Source: Dehalococcoidia bacterium
GTDB lineage: Bacteria > Chloroflexota > Dehalococcoidia > UBA6926
Length of the DNA: 64,000 nt
Direction of reading: 5' to 3'
Assembly (NCBI GenBank): GCA_965214725.1
Contig: OZ243973.1
Coordinates: forward strand, 801,938-865,937
The notes below the pieces were generated by a model. That model did not search any database, was not told the origin of the DNA, and saw only the letters and a list, made by a program, of their open reading frames with translations. The translations under genes and the position numbers were made by a program. Of the stretch, positions 45,034-55,041 are shown one piece after another. Numbering within the stretch: position 1 is the first letter of the stretch; every line of letters begins with the position of its first letter.

Positions 45034-46218
45034 TCAGTACTCTGAGGAGCGTTCCGCGTGGGCGTGGTCCGGCAAGCGGTAGGATATGCCCTCATCGTTA
45101 TACGCAGAGGCGTCCAGCAGGGCTGCGAAATTACCGGAGCCACCACTGAGGAACCGTGCACGCAGCCGTTGGATCTTCTGATCCAGGCGGAAGAAGAAGA
45201 GGGGGAACGGCAGGCCACGTTTAGGGAATCTCAGCGCGTCCGCCATCTCGTTGCCAATGAGGCCGCGTGAGACGGGGTAAATGACGCGGCTGACTAGCTT
45301 GTCCCGCTCGTCCTTATCTTCGATGCCAGCAACAAGCGGCGCGGAATTGATGAGCGCATTCGTCATGACAATCGCATCTGTCTCGGGAACGGGCTCACAC
45401 ATGCCGCCAATCCGATAGAGGCGCAAGGCATCCTCCTCATTCGTGTAGAGGATGCTGTCCGGTATGCCCATCAGGTGCCCGGCGTACCGCCACACGTCAT
45501 GGAAGCTCGCGCGTTCCTCGGCAGTGTACCGCGCCCCCAAAGACTCGGAGTGTTTGACGGTCCGAGCAGAAAAGCACGCGATTGAATACCCTACATGGGC
45601 GGCGCTGATCGGGACCCCATACACATCCTCGCCACCCCACTCATCCGTTTGCGACAGCAGCCGCCGGACCTGTGCGTGGACAAGACGGATGCGCACGGAC
45701 AGTTTCCACCCATCCCCTTGCCGCATGAGGCCGCCCGGCCAGAAGATCTCCAACATCTGCCGGTTATTCTGCTTCAGCCGCCAGACGCCGTTGTCGAATA
45801 TCCGTCCTGTCTGGACGAATGATTTGCTGATCATGGTGTGGAAGCCATCAATCAACACTCCGGTGACGAACGCCGCGAGAACCATGGCGGAGTTACGCTG
45901 AAAGGCGCGGATCCCGGGCCCAAACGCCTCATAATCCACCCAGTCCGGCACGGGTGGCGGGTCATCCATAAAGAAATCACGCAGCAACGGCGGAGCGCCC
46001 TGCAGGCCCTCTCGGTCCTCATCCATGCCGGCCCGAATGAAGGCCTGCGCCTTTTCACGCGGGAGCGTCGACAGCTCCTCGACGATGGCATCCATGACTG
46101 GGTCGCCAATCATGGTATGCGCAATGTACCTGTCGGCGATTTCGGCGTCGACAAGCCGGGCTTCCCGATAGCCCTCCTCATAGACAGAAGGCACATTCAT
46201 CCCGCTCACCCCACCCAC
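45034..46218 (-). CDS. Hypothetical protein, possibly of the MpaB/DUF2236 oxygenase family
   Basis: Helical ~390-aa protein. The weak resemblance to DUF2236 is from memory only. Confidence 0.35.
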   Translation of the reverse strand: MGGVSGMNVPSVYEEGYREARLVDAEIADRYIAHTMIGDPVMDAIVEELSTLPREKAQAFIRAGMDEDREGLQGAPPLLRDFFMDDPPPVPDWVDYEAFGPGIRAFQRNSAMVLAAFVTGVLIDGFHTMISKSFVQTGRIFDNGVWRLKQNNRQMLEIFWPGGLMRQGDGWKLSVRIRLVHAQVRRLLSQTDEWGGEDVYGVPISAAHVGYSIACFSARTVKHSESLGARYTAEERASFHDVWRYAGHLMGIPDSILYTNEEDALRLYRIGGMCEPVPETDAIVMTNALINSAPLVAGIEDKDERDKLVSRVIYPVSRGLIGNEMADALRFPKRGLPFPLFFFRLDQKIQRLRARFLSGGSGNFAALLDASAYNDEGISYRLPDHAHAERSSEY

Positions 46219-46391
46219 CGTTTTGTCTTGGGTGGATTGCTGCTAAGAGTAATGACTGTGTTGGCAAGCGTATCGCCCAAGAGAAGCTCTAATCCACCCT
46301 AGAGGGTATGAACAATCCCACCTATTCGTCAAGATTCAGTTTCGGCAGGCTGATTTCATGCAGCCTCCCATCATCAACAGCCACTGCGCCG

Positions 46392-47003
46392 TCACTCAAG
46401 CCACGTGACACGTTCAGTGTGAGGCGTGCGCTCGGTTGCGGTCTGTTCCGCGGCGACGCCGATGAAGACGACGCCCACCATCATCCAGTTGTCATCCGCG
46501 CCCAGCAGCCCGGCAAGTCCCGGGAGCTTGGTCAGCCGTCCTGTGCTCCACCCAAGGCTCAGGCCCTCAGCGACGGCCGCCAGCGCCATGTTGTGAATGG
46601 CGAGGCAGGAGCTCGCATAGTTCTCCTGCGTAATCTCCTCAACAAGCCCCCGAACACTATAGACGTAGACCATGGAGGGGGCGTCCATCACCCGCCGGCG
46701 GAGATCATCAGCTGAACGCGTCTTCTGCTGATTGCTCGGGTTCGCCACACCGTCATATGCGGCCTGCCACGCAACGTCGGCGATTCTCTGTCGCACGGCG
46801 CCGTCCTTGTGCACCGCAAAGAAGCGCGTCGGCTCATTCAGGCGGTGATTGGGCGCCCAGACAGCCGCAGAAAAGAGCCTCTCCAACGTGTCACGCGGCA
46901 CAGGGTCAGACGTAAACTCTTTCACGTGCCGTCGGCGAAAGATTGCCTCATAGACACTGACGGACGTGTCAGGTACGTCAACATGATCGCTATTCAGCTT
47001 CAT
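46392..47003 (-). CDS. Nitroreductase family protein
   Basis: …YEAIFRRRHVKEFTSDPVPRDTLERLFSAAVWAPNHRLNEPTRFFAV… is the nitroreductase fold signature. ATG at 47003 (MKLNSDH). Confidence 0.75.
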   Translation of the reverse strand: MKLNSDHVDVPDTSVSVYEAIFRRRHVKEFTSDPVPRDTLERLFSAAVWAPNHRLNEPTRFFAVHKDGAVRQRIADVAWQAAYDGVANPSNQQKTRSADDLRRRVMDAPSMVYVYSVRGLVEEITQENYASSCLAIHNMALAAVAEGLSLGWSTGRLTKLPGLAGLLGADDNWMMVGVVFIGVAAEQTATERTPHTERVTWLE

Positions 47004-47027
47004 CACACACTCCACGGACTTGCTGCT

Positions 47028-47100
47028 GAGCGGGCGTATGGGCCGCCCGGGGGTCGAACCCGGAACCTTGGGATTAAAAGTCCCCTGCTCTGCCGATTGA
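47028..47100 (-). tRNA. tRNA-Lys (anticodon UUU); CCA not encoded
   Basis: Manual cloverleaf: acceptor GGGCCGU/GCGGCCC, D-arm GCUC-AAUCGGCA-GAGC, anticodon arm with loop CUUUUAA, variable loop AGGUU, T-arm CCGGG-UUCGACC-CCCGG. One mismatch (G27-A43) in the anticodon stem. Confidence 0.7.
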
Positions 47101-47150
47101 GCTAACGGCCCGTGCGCATCTCTATGATACGGTTTGCGCGGGCGGGCGTC

Positions 47151-47846
47151 TCAGGCGGCGGAATACGCCTCAGTTTGATGGGGTGACAGCCCAATGTCCT
47201 GCGCGGGCCAGTACGTCAGCAGAGCCTTGCCGACAATTGCGTCACGGCCAATCATCCCCCAGGTGCGGGAATCCTGGCTTGATCGGCGGTTGTCACCCAT
47301 CACAAAGTACTCGTCCGCGGCAAGCGTGACATCCTCTCCGTATATCCGTTGGCCCTCGGACAGCCACGCCTCATCTATCTCCACGCCATTAATCCGGATA
47401 GGGCCTCCGGTACTGTCAAACGTGATCGTATCGCCCGGCACGCCAATCACGCGTTTGATGAGGTTGAGATTGTCGCTATTCGGTGAGGTGAGCACAACCA
47501 CCTCACCTCGTTGAGGGGGGTGAAACAGGTAGACATCATCACCCTCCGGCAGATCAAAGAACGGCAGGAAGTCGTCGACGGTGTCCCTGTTCAGCCTCAG
47601 ATAGACGGCCTTATTGACGATGATGAGCTCGCCATTGTGGACGGACGGCTCCATACTGCCGCCTGTGACAACATAATTCTGCGCAAGGGCCTGCACGACG
47701 ATGAACAGGAGCAACGCAAGCCCAATCGTCTCCGCAACATCAATAATGAGACGGCGGATGGGGTGTTCCTCCGGCAAAGCGAGGACCCCCTCCGGGAGGT
47801 AATCCTCTTGCGGGTCATCAGTGGGGCTGACCGGAACGTATCTCAT
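47151..47846 (-). CDS. lepB: Signal peptidase I (LepB, S26 family)
   Basis: Catalytic Ser in GGSMEPS; GDNRRSSQDSR box D/E. Confidence 0.8.
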   Translation of the reverse strand: MRYVPVSPTDDPQEDYLPEGVLALPEEHPIRRLIIDVAETIGLALLLFIVVQALAQNYVVTGGSMEPSVHNGELIIVNKAVYLRLNRDTVDDFLPFFDLPEGDDVYLFHPPQRGEVVVLTSPNSDNLNLIKRVIGVPGDTITFDSTGGPIRINGVEIDEAWLSEGQRIYGEDVTLAADEYFVMGDNRRSSQDSRTWGMIGRDAIVGKALLTYWPAQDIGLSPHQTEAYSAA

Positions 47847-47959
47847 TGGCGTTCGTTCAGTATACGTTTGACCGTCACGCGGGGCATTCCGCTATCTTCT
47901 GCGCCCGCCGCGCGTTTCCTGCATCATAGGAGAGTAGTCTATCCGGCAGCCGTGACGGC

Positions 47960-48796
47960 GTGTCGGGCGGAGGGAACGCTGTGTCCATTATCAAGGCGAT
48001 CAGAAACATGTCACTCCCTGCGGCGCTGATTCTGGCGCTCCTCGCGCTGTCCGTCGCAGCATCTGCCGCCTGTAATGGGGACGACGATGATGACGACTCC
48101 GATCTGTCGTCACGGGAGGGCTATGAAAGCGCGACTGTGATCGACGGGACGGATCAAGGCATATGGGTGACCGGGTCCGGGCGAGCATCCACCCCGCCGG
48201 ACATCGCCACCCTCCGCATCGGCGTTGAGGCGAGCGACGAGACGGTGAGCGACGCCATGTCCGATGCCGCGGACGCAATGCAGGCCATCATTGACAGCCT
48301 GACATCTGCAGGCATTGCCGAGGATGACATCCGGACACTGACGTTCAACGTTTCCCAGCAGTATGAATGGAATGACACGCTCCGGCGCAGCGAGATGGTG
48401 GGCTTCTCCGTGACGAATACCGTTCAGGCAACCGTTCGCCAGCTTGACATGATCGCAGGCGTGCTGGACGGCGCCGTGCGCGCCGGCGGGGATAATGCGC
48501 GCGTTGACGGCCTGTCATTCAGGCTTGAGGACGCCGCGGCGGCTGAGAGCGAGGCGCGCACGTTGGCGATGCAGGCGGCGCGCGAGCAGGCGCAGCAGCT
48601 CGCATCGCTGGCCGGCGTTGAACTCGGGGAGCCGTTCTTCATCGGTGAGTCCGGCGCCGCCCCATTCGTGGGGGATGATATGGATATGTCCTCCCCAGCC
48701 AGGGCGTTCGCCGCTGATGAGGCGGCATCCACGCCCATATTGCCGGGCGAATCAGATGTCGTCATCTACGTCCGCGTCGGCTACGAGATCTCCTGA
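47960..48796 (+). CDS. SIMPL/DUF541 domain (YggE-like) lipoprotein
   Basis: Lipobox …LSVAASAAC; a poly-Asp linker; the DUF541 pattern (…RTLTFNVSQQYEW…). Confidence 0.6.
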   Translation: MSGGGNAVSIIKAIRNMSLPAALILALLALSVAASAACNGDDDDDDSDLSSREGYESATVIDGTDQGIWVTGSGRASTPPDIATLRIGVEASDETVSDAMSDAADAMQAIIDSLTSAGIAEDDIRTLTFNVSQQYEWNDTLRRSEMVGFSVTNTVQATVRQLDMIAGVLDGAVRAGGDNARVDGLSFRLEDAAAAESEARTLAMQAAREQAQQLASLAGVELGEPFFIGESGAAPFVGDDMDMSSPARAFAADEAASTPILPGESDVVIYVRVGYEIS

Positions 48797-48867
48797 GACT
48801 CGACACCCTCCCGCGCGGCGGTGCGCTATAGTATCAGCACTGCAACCGGAGTGGGGGATGGCAGCGT

Positions 48868-49440
48868 ATGGTCTTGAATGATACCGACATCCGCGCCGAA
48901 ATCGGGAACGGCCGCATCACCATTGAACCGCTTGATATGGGTGATGTTCAGCCGGCGAGTGTTGACGTGCATCTGAGCGACAAGATCCTCGTGTTCCGCA
49001 ACTCGCGCCGGCCCTATATCGATGTACGTGAGGATGTCAGCGATCTCACAGAGATGGTAGCGATCCGCGAGGGCTCGCCATTCATCCTGCACCCCGGTGA
49101 ATTCGTGCTCGGCAGCACCATTGAGGACATCGGCCTCCCGGATGACCTCGTCGCGCGGCTGGAGGGGAAGAGCTCTCTGGGGCGCATCGGGCTCCTCATC
49201 CACTCAACGGCCGGCTACGTGGACCCGGGATGGCGCGGCCGCCTCACCCTTGAACTCAGCAACGTCAATAACCTCCCCATCACCCTGTACAGCGGCATGC
49301 CCATCGGCCAAATCTCCTTTACGCGCCTCTCCGGGCCGGCAGAGCGGCCATACGGCTCACAACTGCTCGGCAGCAAGTACCAGGGGCAGTCTGAGCCGAC
49401 GCCGAGCCGGGCGTACCGCGACTTTCAGGCTCAACCGTGA
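48868..49440 (+). CDS. dcd: dCTP deaminase
   Basis: MVLNDTDIRAEIGNGRITIEPLD… with the dUTPase-like fold and a GxxxxGxxR-type motif. Confidence 0.85.
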   Translation: MVLNDTDIRAEIGNGRITIEPLDMGDVQPASVDVHLSDKILVFRNSRRPYIDVREDVSDLTEMVAIREGSPFILHPGEFVLGSTIEDIGLPDDLVARLEGKSSLGRIGLLIHSTAGYVDPGWRGRLTLELSNVNNLPITLYSGMPIGQISFTRLSGPAERPYGSQLLGSKYQGQSEPTPSRAYRDFQAQP

Positions 49441-50603
49441 CGCATGCCTCACCCTCGCCCATGGCACGGGCGCTGGAATTGGGACGGCAAGCGCTCGGAT
49501 ACTCCAGCCCCAACCCTGCAGTCGGCGCTGTCATCGTGCGTGACGGTGAGATCATCGGGGAGGGGCACACACAGCAGCCCGGCGGCCCCCACGCGGAGGT
49601 TGTCGCGCTCCAACAGGCAGGAGATCGGGCACGCGGCGCGACGATGTACACCACACTGGAGCCCTGCTCGCACCACGGCCGAACGCCTCCCTGCGCGGAG
49701 GCGATGGTCACCGCCGGCCTTGGAGCCGTCGAGATTGCCGTCCTGGACCCCCACCCCCCGGTGAACGGGTCCGGCCGTCGCTTGCTGGAGCAGCACGGCA
49801 TCGCCACACGCGTTGGCGACTGCGCGGACGAGGCGACACAGCACTTTCAGGGCTACTTTAAGCGCGAGGAAACAGGCCTGCCGCTGCTCATCGCCAAATA
49901 CGCCATGAGCATGGACGGCAGGATTGCGAGCTCGACGGGCGATTCACGCTGGATTACGGGAGCGGCAGCCCGCGCGCGCGTTCACGAGCTGCGCGCACAC
50001 GTGGATGCCATCATCACGGCGGCGGGAACGGTGATCGCGGACGATCCGCAGCTGACGGCGCGGGACACGGACGGCAACGCCCTGCCTCGCCAGCCGCTGC
50101 GCGTCATCGCGGACAGCACCGGCCGCACACCACCCACAGCCCGATTGTTCAGTGAGCCGGGCAAGACACTGATCGCAACCGCCTCGTCAGAGGCGTGTTC
50201 TCTATTCGATAATCAGGGCGAGAACGTGACGGCCATCGCCCTTCCATCCGAGAATGGCCGCGTCGATCTGGCAGCCCTGCTGCAGCACCTAGGGAGGCTT
50301 GGCGCGGTGCAGGTGATGACGGAGGCGGGTGAGGAGCTGCTGGGCGCATTCTTTGATGAGGGGCTCGTCGATCAGGTGGACATCTCCATCGCGCCGATTA
50401 TCATCGGCGGGAGCGAGGCGCCGGGGCCGGTGGGCGGCGCGGGCGCGCAGCTCGTGAGGAACGCCCACCGATTCATGCGCATGGAAACTGACTACATCCC
50501 GCACGCAGACAATGATGGCGCCCCGCACGCAGACTCCACCCACGCCACCAAGGACATCCACATCCGCGGCATCCTCCGCCACTACACGGGCGGCCACCGT
50601 TAG
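49437..50603 (+). CDS. ribD: Bifunctional riboflavin biosynthesis deaminase/reductase RibD
   Basis: CMP/dCMP-type deaminase motif HAEVVAL…PCSHHGRTPPC, plus a C-terminal RibD reductase domain. Confidence 0.85.
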   Translation: MTHASPSPMARALELGRQALGYSSPNPAVGAVIVRDGEIIGEGHTQQPGGPHAEVVALQQAGDRARGATMYTTLEPCSHHGRTPPCAEAMVTAGLGAVEIAVLDPHPPVNGSGRRLLEQHGIATRVGDCADEATQHFQGYFKREETGLPLLIAKYAMSMDGRIASSTGDSRWITGAAARARVHELRAHVDAIITAAGTVIADDPQLTARDTDGNALPRQPLRVIADSTGRTPPTARLFSEPGKTLIATASSEACSLFDNQGENVTAIALPSENGRVDLAALLQHLGRLGAVQVMTEAGEELLGAFFDEGLVDQVDISIAPIIIGGSEAPGPVGGAGAQLVRNAHRFMRMETDYIPHADNDGAPHADSTHATKDIHIRGILRHYTGGHR

Positions 50604-50711
50604 GCAGCGTGGCGGCACCCCTCCTGCCCTGCCCTCACGCTTTCGCCTATACTGTGTCCGTGCGTGGAGTGGATCCGTGGGATGTGGACGGATGGTGGGT
50701 GAGTAGGCGAG

Positions 50712-51335
50712 ATGTTTACTGGGATCGTTGAAGAGGTGGGGCGCATTGTCGCCATCGGCGAGGGCGGCCTGATTGCCGAGGCTGCCGTCACCCTCGAGGA
50801 CACACGCATCGGCGATAGCCTGTCCGTCAACGGAGCATGCCTGACCGTCACGGACATGACGGACAGCCGCGTCAGCTTTGATGTGATGCCGGAGACGCTG
50901 CGGCGCACGGCGATGAGCGCGCTCAAGCCCGGCAGCGCCATCAATCTGGAGCGCGCCGTCACGTTCAGCAGCCGTCTTGGCGGACACCTCGTACAGGGTC
51001 ATGTCGACGCCACAGGCACCGTCACGGCAATCACGCCGGAGGCGGACGCGCGGGTGGTTCGCGTCAGCGTCCCGCCGGAGGTCATGCGGTATCTTGTCGA
51101 CAAGGCATTCATTGCCGTGAACGGCATCAGTCTCACCGTGATGGACGTTGATGAGACATCATTCGCCGTGTCATTGGTGCGGCATACGTATGAGCACACG
51201 GATCTTGGCGAGGCGTACGTCGGGATGCCGGTGAACCTGGAAATCGATATCCTTGCCAAGTATACGGAGAGGCTGTTGCAGGGGGACCGCGAGGGCATCA
51301 GCGCGTTGCAGGGGGATGTGGAGGCAGGCACATGA
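50712..51335 (+). CDS. ribE: Riboflavin synthase alpha subunit
   Basis: MFTGIVEEVGRI… with two lumazine-binding repeats. Confidence 0.85.
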   Translation: MFTGIVEEVGRIVAIGEGGLIAEAAVTLEDTRIGDSLSVNGACLTVTDMTDSRVSFDVMPETLRRTAMSALKPGSAINLERAVTFSSRLGGHLVQGHVDATGTVTAITPEADARVVRVSVPPEVMRYLVDKAFIAVNGISLTVMDVDETSFAVSLVRHTYEHTDLGEAYVGMPVNLEIDILAKYTERLLQGDREGISALQGDVEAGT

Positions 51336-52555
51336 GCATCATCGATGTCGAGAGCGCCGCCGCGCGCATGCGGCGGGGCGAGTTTGTCATTATTGTTGAT
51401 GACGCAGAGCGCGAGAACGAAGGTGATCTCGCGCTTGCGGCGGACTTGATCACGCCTGAGAAGGTCAATTTCATGGCCATGCACGCCCGCGGCCTCGTCT
51501 GCGTGCCCCTCCTCGGTGAACGCCTCGATGAGCTTGGCATTCCCATGATGGCGCAGAAAAATACCTCTCCGCTCACCACAGCCTTCACGGAATCTGTCGA
51601 CGCCAAGACGGGCGTCACCACGGGCATCTCCGCGGCTGACCGCGCCGCGACAATCCGGGCCCTTGTCCACCCGGAGACGCGGTCCGGGGATCTCAATCGG
51701 CCTGGCCATATGTTTCCGCTCCGATACCGCGAGGGCGGCGTTCTAGTCCGCACAGGCCATACGGAGGCCGTTATCGATCTGGCGCGGGCGGCGGGGCTGT
51801 ACCCGGCCGGCGTCATCTGCGAAATCATGAACGAGGACGGCACCATGGCCCGCATGCCGGAACTCGTGAAACTATCCGAGACGTGGGACATCCCCATCGT
51901 GACGATTGCCCAAATCATTGAGTTCCGCCGACAGCGCGAGACCATGGTGGAACGCCGTGGCGTCGCCGATCTCCCCACCCGCCACGGCGTGTTCCGCGCC
52001 TACGGCTACACCAGCGCCATTGATGCCAAGGAGCACGTCGCCCTCGTCATGGGCGAGATCACGCCGGACACCCCCGTCCTAACGCGTGTCCATAGCGAGT
52101 GCGTGACGGGTGACGTCTTTAGTTCTATGCGCTGCGACTGTGGTGAACAGCTGGATCTGGCCCTGGAGCACATTGCTGCCGAGGGCGCCGGTGTCTTTCT
52201 CTACATGCGGCAGGAGGGGCGCGGCATCGGCCTCCACAACAAGCTGCGGGCCTATGCGCTTCAGGACTCCGGGCTCGATACCGTTGAGGCGAACGTGGAG
52301 ATTGGCTTCCCGCCGGATCTGCGCGACTACGGCATCGGCGCGCAGATACTCGTTGACCTGGGCGTGCGCAGGCTCAAACTGATGACGAACAACCCGCGCA
52401 AGGTCGTGGGGCTGGACGCCTTTGGCATCGAGCTGGTAGAACGGGTGCCGATTGAGGTTGAGCCGAACGATCATAATCGCCGCTACCTTGAGACAAAGCG
52501 GGACAAGATGGGGCACATCCTGCCCGGAATCACGGGCGATGCCACAGACTACTGA
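51332..52555 (+). CDS. ribBA: Bifunctional 3,4-dihydroxy-2-butanone-4-phosphate synthase / GTP cyclohydrolase II
   Basis: DHBP synthase N-domain (…RENEGDL…). GTP cyclohydrolase II C-domain with the zinc motif CxxGDVFSSMRCDCG. Confidence 0.9.
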   Translation: MSIIDVESAAARMRRGEFVIIVDDAERENEGDLALAADLITPEKVNFMAMHARGLVCVPLLGERLDELGIPMMAQKNTSPLTTAFTESVDAKTGVTTGISAADRAATIRALVHPETRSGDLNRPGHMFPLRYREGGVLVRTGHTEAVIDLARAAGLYPAGVICEIMNEDGTMARMPELVKLSETWDIPIVTIAQIIEFRRQRETMVERRGVADLPTRHGVFRAYGYTSAIDAKEHVALVMGEITPDTPVLTRVHSECVTGDVFSSMRCDCGEQLDLALEHIAAEGAGVFLYMRQEGRGIGLHNKLRAYALQDSGLDTVEANVEIGFPPDLRDYGIGAQILVDLGVRRLKLMTNNPRKVVGLDAFGIELVERVPIEVEPNDHNRRYLETKRDKMGHILPGITGDATDY

Positions 52556-53024
52556 GCCTCTCGCATGGAACCACACGGATGATCATGCGCGCATCGGAAT
52601 CATCGTCGCGCGCTTCAATGAGGTCATCACCAACCGCATGCGTGATGGCGCCCTCATGGCGCTGCGAGATAACCGCGTTCCCGATGAGTCGATAGACCTC
52701 GCGTATGTTCCCGGCTCATTCGAGGTCGGCTCGGCGGCGCAGGCAATGGCACAGACAGGCCGCTACGCCGCCATCATCTGCATTGGCGCAGTTATCCGTG
52801 GCGAGACCGCGCATTTCGATTTCGTCTCATCCGCAGTGACGCAGGCGGTCACACGCATCTCTCTGGATACCGGGGTGCCGTGCATGTTCGGCGTGCTGAC
52901 GACGGATACGATGGAGCAGGCGCTCGCCCGCTCAGGCGGTCCCGGCTCGAATCGGGGATATGACGCCGCAACCGGGGCTCTGGAAATGGCCGGGCTGCTG
53001 GCGCGGATCAGATCAACGGAGTGA
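52539..53024 (+). CDS. ribH: 6,7-dimethyl-8-ribityllumazine synthase
   Basis: …ARIGIIVARFNEVIT… lumazine synthase signature. The ATG at 52539 overlaps the ribBA 3' end by 17 nt; the six-frame ORF from 52452 is rejected. Confidence 0.8.
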   Translation: MPQTTEPLAWNHTDDHARIGIIVARFNEVITNRMRDGALMALRDNRVPDESIDLAYVPGSFEVGSAAQAMAQTGRYAAIICIGAVIRGETAHFDFVSSAVTQAVTRISLDTGVPCMFGVLTTDTMEQALARSGGPGSNRGYDAATGALEMAGLLARIRSTE

Positions 53025-53076
53025 ACCCGAACGGGAGCGGGGCGCGGCGCGCGCCCCGCTCCTTCAGTCAGTCAGT

Positions 53077-53379
53077 CTATGAACCCTTCTTGACTGCGCC
53101 GGCGAGTTCCGTTCCGGGGGAGAACCCGACGCGCTGATGCGCCGGAACCTTTGTGGGCTTGCCGGCATTCTCGCCGCGCAGTGGGCGCACCGTGCGCTCC
53201 TTGATCTTGCGAACCTCAAAGCTGCCAAACCCCGTAATGACGACACGATTGCCGCGCGTCAGAGATTCCTGGATCGCGCCGGTCACCGCATTCAGCGCCG
53301 CCTCTCCACTTGAGCGGGTCCCGCCCATGCGCTGTGCCACCAGCCCGGCCAGGTCACCCTTGTGCAAGGTCTCTGCCAT
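53077..53379 (-). CDS. HU family nucleoid-associated DNA-binding protein
   Basis: …GFGSFEVRKIKERTVRPLRGENAGKPTKVPA… conserved HU arm. Confidence 0.8.
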   Translation of the reverse strand: MAETLHKGDLAGLVAQRMGGTRSSGEAALNAVTGAIQESLTRGNRVVITGFGSFEVRKIKERTVRPLRGENAGKPTKVPAHQRVGFSPGTELAGAVKKGS

Positions 53380-53795
53380 CTCATCCACCTCCTGCATACG
53401 GTGGCAGACTCACGTCCCGCCACCCCCAATGGACTTTCGCAGAGAACCGTACCATAACACACACCACTTTTCAAGTGCGGCAACATGGCGCGGACGCTCT
53501 AGACAATGGAATACCACATCGCCACGCGCTACAGCATGCTCAGAGGCGAATCCACGCAGTCTATATGCCTGTACTCGGTGGGACATTCGGCATAAGAAAA
53601 CGTTATGTTCTTCAACCGGGCTGTGCAAAACGTCCTCAGCACAACATATGGGATTAGATGACCTTAAACACCATGCGCCCGACTCTGCCAGCCCGGAATC
53701 GCGCGTCTCACGCCAATAACCGCTGTCAAGCGCATAGCCCGAATGAGCGCCAGGCGCGGCAGGATACTGCGAGAAAACGACCCTCGGCGTCCGCC

Positions 53796-54137
53796 CTACT
53801 GGGAGGAGCCGCTGTCAGTCAGGCGCGTATAGAACGGCGTCCAAAAGAGGGGGTGTACGTATTCGAAGTCGACCTCCTCGGAGAGCTTGTCATCGCCATC
53901 GTTGTCACTGATATAGACAGGGCGATCATCCGGGTGAGCGGCGAGGGCGTCCAGGAGGTTCTTCTTACGGTCGACACTCAGGAACTCAGGGAAGCCGGCA
54001 TCCTTTGGCCGGAGGGGGGACGGGGACACAATGACGACTGTGTGACCCATTCCGTTCAATTCGTGCAGCACAGGCACGGGAATCGGCCCGTCACCGGTAT
54101 CGAGGGTTCCATCAACATCAAAGCAGAGCAGCGCCAT
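53796..54137 (-). CDS. Small HAD-superfamily-like protein (DxDGT motif)
   Basis: MALLCFDVDGTLD (motif I). ATG at 54137 after a GGGGAG RBS. Only ~113 aa, so a truncated or minimal HAD. Confidence 0.45.
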   Translation of the reverse strand: MALLCFDVDGTLDTGDGPIPVPVLHELNGMGHTVVIVSPSPLRPKDAGFPEFLSVDRKKNLLDALAAHPDDRPVYISDNDGDDKLSEEVDFEYVHPLFWTPFYTRLTDSGSSQ

Positions 54138-54212
54138 CGCGTTTTCTCCCCTCATTGCCACGCAGGCAGGTCATTTACCGTTCTCCGCTATCATTCTAGC
54201 GGAGGGCGCGGC

Positions 54213-54929
54213 ATGACAGACAGGTCAGGAGACGGGGCGGCGCGGGCAGGTTCACGATGGTTCCTGCTTATTGTTGCGGCGTTCATCGCATCGCTTCTCA
54301 CATCCAATATCATCGCCGTCCGCATCGTGACGCTTGGTGATGCTCCCCTCATCGGTGAGCTCATCGTCACATCAGCAATCGTTGTCTTTCCCCTCAGCTA
54401 CATCGTCGGCGACATCCTGACGGAGGTATACGGATACGCGGCGGCGCGGCGCGTCATCTGGGCCGGCTTTGGCGCCAATCTCATCATGGTCATCGCGATC
54501 TATCTTGGCGGCCTGCTGCCCGCGGCGAGCCAATGGGAGGACCAGGCCGCCTATGACACCATCCTCGGCTTTACCGGCCGGCTGCTCATCGCCTCCTTCA
54601 TCGCCTACATCATCGGTTCATTCGTCAACGCATTCATCCTGGCGCGGCTCAAGATAACCACGCAGGGGCGCATGCTCTGGCTGCGGACAATCGCGTCGAC
54701 CATTGGCGGGCAGGCGTTGGACTCCTTCTTCTTCACGTTCATCGCCTTTCTGGGCGTGCTGTCCACCGGCGATGTCTGGCGAATCTTCTTTATTGAATGG
54801 CTCACAAAGGTGATCTATGAGACGGCCGCCACCCCCTTCACCTACGCCGTCGTCACGTTCCTCAAGCGGCAGGAGGGGCTTGACGTGTACGATCACACCA
54901 CAGACATGAACCCGCTGGCGATTCGATAA
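54213..54929 (+). CDS. Queuosine precursor transporter YhhQ/DUF165 (VUT family)
   Basis: Multi-TM protein …PLSYIVGDILTEVYGY… typical of DUF165. The ATG at 54213 is used; the upstream part of ORF 53658.. is antisense to the HAD gene. Confidence 0.65.
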   Translation: MTDRSGDGAARAGSRWFLLIVAAFIASLLTSNIIAVRIVTLGDAPLIGELIVTSAIVVFPLSYIVGDILTEVYGYAAARRVIWAGFGANLIMVIAIYLGGLLPAASQWEDQAAYDTILGFTGRLLIASFIAYIIGSFVNAFILARLKITTQGRMLWLRTIASTIGGQALDSFFFTFIAFLGVLSTGDVWRIFFIEWLTKVIYETAATPFTYAVVTFLKRQEGLDVYDHTTDMNPLAIR

Positions 54930-55041
54930 ACAGCCGGCGTCGTGTACCAACGCAGCAACTGATTGCGCGGTGTACACTGAGACTGACTGAGATTGACTGA
55001 GATTGACGGGAAAAGGTGCACAGGACTCGTGGGGGACGTCG

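Noticed and set aside
47028-47100. tRNA as attachment site for an integrated element
   Set aside because: The flanks contain nitroreductase and lepB at normal GC. No integrase and no direct repeat of the tRNA 3' end were seen within the window.
48797-49440. FMN riboswitch upstream of the rib operon
   Set aside because: ribD overlaps the dcd stop by 4 nt, and only ~70 nt precede dcd. There is no room for the ~140-nt FMN aptamer, and no conserved FMN-element motifs were seen by eye. It was not found in this window.
53658-54212. N-terminal 185 aa of ORF 53658..54929
   Set aside because: This part is antisense to the HAD-like gene and lacks membrane-protein character. The YhhQ-like transporter starts at the ATG at 54213.
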